Shown here piece by piece: positions 59,323 through 64,000 of a DNA stretch of 64,000 bases (positions within the stretch are counted from its first letter, which is position 1; each line of letters begins with the position of its first letter). The position numbers and the translations under genes were made by a program. Below the pieces are notes generated by a model. That model searched no databases. It was not told the origin of the DNA and worked only from the letters and a program-made list of their open reading frames with translations. The stretch is from Pseudomonadota bacterium (lineage in GTDB: Bacteria; SAR324; NAC60-12), in assembly GCA_004213175.1 (NCBI GenBank), contig SHAT01000005.1, forward strand, positions 360 to 64,359, written 5' to 3'.

Positions 59323-60864
59323 ATGGTTGAACTATTACAGCAAGAAAACACATCTGAAGTAGGAAAGGAAGATGAAAATCTGATTTTGCTACTACTAAGT
59401 TCGGATTTGCGTGATCGTTACATGAAAACTCTAGTGGATCGTCTGATAAAAATAGGCGTAGTAGTTGCCATAGAAGAAATAGATTTTCCTAAAGAAAAAA
59501 AGGAAAAATATGAATGGATATTGAATTTTTCAGGTAATATTCCCAAAGGTAAATCTGCTGATTTGAAAAACAGTAAGTTGATTTTTCGAGTTCTGGGGAA
59601 GGCTGAATTAAAGCAGGATAAACTTGATTCTGGAGATTCTGAAAAACTGGCAAAAATTGTTAAACGCTACAATAAACTTCAAGAATCATGTTTGGTACGC
59701 GAAAAAAATCCTAAATTTGACAAGTTGGCTTTGACTGATGCCGTTTTACGCAGCAGGAGAGAACTTATTTTACAGTACAAAGATCATGTAAGTAGACTCG
59801 ATGAAAAAATTTCTAAGGTCGAAAAATCATATTATCTGGGCATTGGATATATTCTCAGCACAGCAATTGAGAAAATTACTGGTGTCGCGGTTTTAGACAA
59901 TTTGATGAAAGGCTTGATTTACGTCATGATTATTGATGATCTTGACAAACGTACTCAGGATGGTTTGGTTGAAATGGATTTTAGCAGGAAAGTGTTATCT
60001 TATATGTCGACAAGTGTTTTTTCAAATAAGCTACAGAAGTTTCGTGAGGACCATTCAGATGATGAGATGGCAAATGCAAATATTAGAGATTTTGTTTTTA
60101 ATGCTGAAGACTTCGAGAAAGTAGATATCGTCTTTTTTAACTCCTGGAAATTTACTGAAGATTCTTTCCCGGTCAAAGTTGCTTTACGTAAAAAAACTAT
60201 TATCAGTAAGGAGGAAGAGCGCAAATTAAATCGAAAAGACGAGACTCCCGCAAAAATTGAACGGGAAGAAACTGCATTAGCAAAAGTTAAAGCTAAATAC
60301 AAAAATGTAATGGCAGAGATAAGTAAAATAGAAAAATTCCATGTAGATGATGAAAGTGCATATGAAACCCAGAATAATTTAAGAAGAAGGTTGTTGAAAG
60401 ATATAAAGATTCGCGAGCTAAAATTAAAAGAGCTGAGACGTCCTGTTAAAGCAGGTGGTGAGGAAAAGATCATGACTTTTGATTTGTTTGAAATCTTTAA
60501 AAGCAATCAGTCATTCATTGACCGCATGGCGGATAAAGCCAGTTCTTTGGGATTTGGAAGTTTTTTTGGTATGGGGCATGATGATAATCATACTAGTTTT
60601 GAAAAATTAATTGAAATGGCTCGTTATTCAAAAGATAGGATTAGAGTTTTGAATCAACTAGAAAAAATCAATGCTCAAACAACTAAATTGGCAAAACAAC
60701 TTGATCATTATGTAGAAAAAAATGAACTGATGGCAACAGTTGAAAGTCCAGTATCATCAGGCGATACAAAATATCAACCGTTGCTTGATGAACATATTTT
60801 AGACTGTCTAGAGCTCGCTGCGTTAAGTTGTGAAATTTCTTTTTTGTCTGAAGTTAATGGCTAG
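59323..60864 (+). CDS. Hypothetical charged, coiled-coil-rich cytoplasmic protein
   Basis: About 513-aa ORF beginning 7 nt after the upstream stop; K/E-rich heptad segments; no motif recognised. Confidence 0.7.
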   Translation: MVELLQQENTSEVGKEDENLILLLLSSDLRDRYMKTLVDRLIKIGVVVAIEEIDFPKEKKEKYEWILNFSGNIPKGKSADLKNSKLIFRVLGKAELKQDKLDSGDSEKLAKIVKRYNKLQESCLVREKNPKFDKLALTDAVLRSRRELILQYKDHVSRLDEKISKVEKSYYLGIGYILSTAIEKITGVAVLDNLMKGLIYVMIIDDLDKRTQDGLVEMDFSRKVLSYMSTSVFSNKLQKFREDHSDDEMANANIRDFVFNAEDFEKVDIVFFNSWKFTEDSFPVKVALRKKTIISKEEERKLNRKDETPAKIEREETALAKVKAKYKNVMAEISKIEKFHVDDESAYETQNNLRRRLLKDIKIRELKLKELRRPVKAGGEEKIMTFDLFEIFKSNQSFIDRMADKASSLGFGSFFGMGHDDNHTSFEKLIEMARYSKDRIRVLNQLEKINAQTTKLAKQLDHYVEKNELMATVESPVSSGDTKYQPLLDEHILDCLELAALSCEISFLSEVNG

Positions 60865-60907
60865 TTGGTATTAAAATTAATTAAAAAATATCTTATTAAA
60901 TTAGTTT

Positions 60908-62407
60908 TTACATACCTCCTACAGTCATTTCTGAGACCAACACAGTTGGAAGACCTACCCCTACTGGGACACTTTGCCCATCTTTCCCACAAGTCCAGAT
61001 GCCTTCGCTCATAGCGAAATCGCTACCTACCATACTGATTTTTGACATTGCATCAGGACCATTTCCTATTAAGGTAAAATTTTTTATTGGAACTGTTTTT
61101 TTGCCATCTTCAACCAGCCAGGCAACTGTGGGGACAAAGACAAAATCACCATTCGAAATATCTACTTGACCGCCACTGAACTCTTGACAATAAATCCCTT
61201 TTTTAACTGATCTGATAATTTCCTCAGGATCTGATTCACCATTAGCAAGGTAAGTGGATGTCATGCGCGGTATCGGATAATGCGCATAAGATTCACGCCT
61301 ACCATTTCCTGTAGGATTTGTACGGAAGTGCTTCGCGCTTATTCGGTCATGCATGTAATTTCGCAAGATTCCTTTTTCGATAAGTAAATTTTCAGAAGAA
61401 GGAATTCCCTCATCGTCAAAATTTATTGCCCCTCTTTCATTTTCTATGGTTCCGGAGTCATAAATTGAACACAAATCTGAAGCAACCATTTCTCCAATTC
61501 TATCACTGTATGCAGAAGTTCCTTTGCGGTTAAAATCTGCCTCTAGTGGATGTCCAACAGCTTCATGTAGTAATATCCCTGATTGGGCAGGTCCTAAAAT
61601 GACAGGTAGCAAACCGGAAGGTGCCTGCACAGCGTCTAGAAGTAAAATTGCTTCAGCAGCAGCCTGTTTTCCTAAAATTTGCGCATGATCTGCCTTTTTT
61701 AAATAATCAAGACCAACTCGTCCTCCAATTCCAGAGGATCCATTTTGAATATTGTTCCCATCCTGTGAAATGCAATGTACATTCATTCTGAACATTGGTC
61801 GAGTATCCCTCAAAATGTCGCCGTCTGAAGTAACAACCTGTGTCATATTGAGAGCATCCATCATGGCTACTGTAACCCTATTTATTCTGTCATCGTAGGC
61901 TCTGGCAAATGCTTCCGTACGTTTGAGCATTTCAATCTTTTGAGTTAGCTCCAGATCTGTAACTGTCTCGAGTATAGGATAATAATTTTTTGGTACCAGT
62001 TCGTTGAATCTGAAACCTTCCTCAAGTGAAACTTCTCTGCTGGAAGCAATGGAGGCTGCAGTTCGCGCTGCGTGTAACATGGGTTTCAAATCAAAATCTT
62101 CACTGAAGGCATATCCCGTTTGATCATTCTGAATTACTCTAATTCCAACTCCCGATACCACAGCTACAGCAGAATTTTTTATAATTCCATCTTCCATAAC
62201 CACTGAATTTCGAGTGCTATACTCAAAGTGGATGTCTGCAAAATCTCCACCATGGCGCAGTGCAGCGCTCAGCAACTGATGTACAACAGTCTGGTCAATG
62301 CCCATTTCCTTTTCAAACAGTTGTTTAACGGCTTCTACTGCTGTCAAAGTCTGGGTTAGCTGGTGAGCGATGTTTTTTCTTTCCAGTGAAATTTTAGTAC
62401 TATTCAT
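60908..62407 (-). CDS. tldD: TldD metalloprotease
   Basis: GGDFADI.FE, GVGIRV, GILLHEAVGH.LEADFNRKG.S, DDEG, TGNGRRESY.H.P.PRM, GGQV, CGKDGQ.VPVG.G.PT. Confidence 0.93.
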   Translation of the reverse strand: MNSTKISLERKNIAHQLTQTLTAVEAVKQLFEKEMGIDQTVVHQLLSAALRHGGDFADIHFEYSTRNSVVMEDGIIKNSAVAVVSGVGIRVIQNDQTGYAFSEDFDLKPMLHAARTAASIASSREVSLEEGFRFNELVPKNYYPILETVTDLELTQKIEMLKRTEAFARAYDDRINRVTVAMMDALNMTQVVTSDGDILRDTRPMFRMNVHCISQDGNNIQNGSSGIGGRVGLDYLKKADHAQILGKQAAAEAILLLDAVQAPSGLLPVILGPAQSGILLHEAVGHPLEADFNRKGTSAYSDRIGEMVASDLCSIYDSGTIENERGAINFDDEGIPSSENLLIEKGILRNYMHDRISAKHFRTNPTGNGRRESYAHYPIPRMTSTYLANGESDPEEIIRSVKKGIYCQEFSGGQVDISNGDFVFVPTVAWLVEDGKKTVPIKNFTLIGNGPDAMSKISMVGSDFAMSEGIWTCGKDGQSVPVGVGLPTVLVSEMTVGGM

Positions 62408-62468
62408 TAATCTATTGGATTATTATATTTCATGTTATATATTTTTGCTGTCTTTTAGAAATCAGTAA

Positions 62469-63596
62469 TTAGCTGAACTTATTCTCAATACATCTTGCTG
62501 CTTTTTCATATGCTCCTTGATCACCTAGCATTGAACGTGTTTTTTCTAATTCACTGATCATATTTTCACGATAGTCTTTATCCTGTAACAGTCTTATTCC
62601 TGTTTCGGCGACTTTTTTGGAATTGAAGTCATTTTGTAATAATTCAGGAACAATTTCCTTTCCTGCTAATATATTGACCAATCCAATAAACCTAGTATTT
62701 GCAAGATAACGCGCGATCCAAAAAGTTATCTGAGAAACTTGATAAACAATCGCAAATGGTTTCAATGCAAGTCCGGTTTGCAGTGAAGCCGTTCCTGATG
62801 CAACTACTGCGGCATCGCATGCTTGGATAGTTTCAAGAAATTGTTCCCGGATCAATGTGACTTTAACATTTACAGGTTCAATTATTTCTTTTACTTCATT
62901 TATATCAAGTGATTCTGCAACAGGAATGATAAAGTTTATCTCGCCGACTTCCTCTTGAATAAGCGGGAGGCTTTTCAGCAAAGTCGGAAGATGTTTCCTT
63001 ATTTCACTCGGCCGGCTTCCAGGGGCAATAGCGAGAATAGGTAGATCATCCAGGAGTCCATACTGTTCGAGAAATGCTCTGTTGTCTTTTTCATCTATTT
63101 TTTGATCCAGCAGCGGATGTCCGACCCAGCTGACATCAACACCAGCCTGCTGATAAATCCTTTCTTCAAAAGGAAAAAGCACTATCATTTTGTCAATCAC
63201 ACGTTTGATGGTTTTCAATCTGCCTTTTCTCCATGCCCAGATTTGAGGACTATTGAAAAAAATTACCGGGATCCCTTTTTCTTTTGCATAAGCTGCGAGT
63301 TTGAGGTTGAACCCTGGATAATCAATCAAGATCAAAACGTCCGGACGCTCCTCATCTAGAGCATTACGCATTCTCCAAAGTGTCTTGTAAAGCCTCGGAA
63401 GATGACTGATAACTTCAACTAAGCCATGTGTCTGCAAAGTATCGAGCATGTAATAAGGACGAAAATTTTCCCTTAACATTTTCAAACCGCCGATACCGTA
63501 AAAATCTAAATTATCATTGTTTCTTGCAAGGCAACGGATCAATCCTGCTCCATGAACATCTCCTGAAACTTCCCCGGCAATCATCATTATTTTCAT
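62469..63596 (-). CDS. lpxB: Lipid-A-disaccharide synthase
   Basis: IAGEVSGD.HGA, GIGG..M, IDYPGFNL, SPQIWAWR, FPFE, VGHPL, PGSR.SE, SGTA.L, PELLQ. Confidence 0.96.
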   Translation of the reverse strand: MKIMMIAGEVSGDVHGAGLIRCLARNNDNLDFYGIGGLKMLRENFRPYYMLDTLQTHGLVEVISHLPRLYKTLWRMRNALDEERPDVLILIDYPGFNLKLAAYAKEKGIPVIFFNSPQIWAWRKGRLKTIKRVIDKMIVLFPFEERIYQQAGVDVSWVGHPLLDQKIDEKDNRAFLEQYGLLDDLPILAIAPGSRPSEIRKHLPTLLKSLPLIQEEVGEINFIIPVAESLDINEVKEIIEPVNVKVTLIREQFLETIQACDAAVVASGTASLQTGLALKPFAIVYQVSQITFWIARYLANTRFIGLVNILAGKEIVPELLQNDFNSKKVAETGIRLLQDKDYRENMISELEKTRSMLGDQGAYEKAARCIENKFS

Positions 63597-63648
63597 CAAT
63601 TATTTCAAAGTGGAGTCCGTTTTATCTGTCTGTAAAACGCAGAATAAT

Positions 63649-63999
63649 TCACTTGGGTTCGTTTTTAAAAACTAATCCAACATGAAGGAACCCTTCATTT
63701 TTAAACAAAAGCATTAATTTCATCAATGTTCCATAAGGCACTTGTTCATCCATTTGTAAATATACAGGCAGCTTCTGTTTCCACATTATTGGATTTTTTT
63801 TAAAAGATACTGACAAGCTTTTGAGAGAGTATACCTTATCGCGAATTGTAATCTGTGTTTTTTTATTTACAACCGCAAGAATTGATTCTTCATAATCCGG
63901 GAGTCTTTCTTTCAGTTTCCCTCTAGGGAGTTCTATAGGTAGAGAGAGAGTCAGCAATGGTGCAGAAATAAGAAATGAAACAAGTAGTACAAGTAAAAC
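63649..63999 (-). CDS. ExbD/TolR family biopolymer transport protein (5' end beyond the window)
   Basis: Frame continues to the edge as VLLVLLVSFLISAPLLT..LPIELP; C-terminal V.L..D..VPYG.LM..M......G...VGL. Confidence 0.88.
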   Translation of the reverse strand, partial: VLLVLLVSFLISAPLLTLSLPIELPRGKLKERLPDYEESILAVVNKKTQITIRDKVYSLKSLSVSFKKNPIMWKQKLPVYLQMDEQVPYGTLMKLMLLFKNEGFLHVGLVFKNEPK

Positions 64000-64000
64000 A

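Overview
This is an AT-rich, gene-dense bacterial chromosomal window with about 55 CDS in standard code 11. Gene content and order (rplY-pth-ychF-rpsF-rpsR-rplI-dnaB, hslVU, hemA-hemC, lpxB) fit a Gram-negative deltaproteobacterium-like organism, possibly marine SAR324; that taxonomy is inference only. Most of the window is housekeeping, and I see no rRNA, tRNA, CRISPR array, IS or prophage. Non-coding features are a Moco/Tuco riboswitch-type RNA lacking P3 before moaA, an S6:S18-type leader before rpsF, several terminator hairpins and a decayed lutA/ykgE-like pseudogene at the left edge. The most unusual signals are: (i) a three-gene unit of outer-membrane barrel + TerB/PilZ-like/DUF2225-like fusion + orphan coiled-coil protein (57.0-60.9 kb); (ii) intact ORFs that have lost their family's catalytic motifs: a prenyl synthase without DDxxD, a CcsA without WWD, an EAL with an aberrant loop 6, an S41 protease without its Ser and a disulfide-reductase-family flavoprotein without Cys; (iii) two distant paralogous mini-lipoproteins; (iv) an SH3-M48 peptidase-FadL-like barrel unit. 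All family calls come from motif recognition by eye; no database searches were run.
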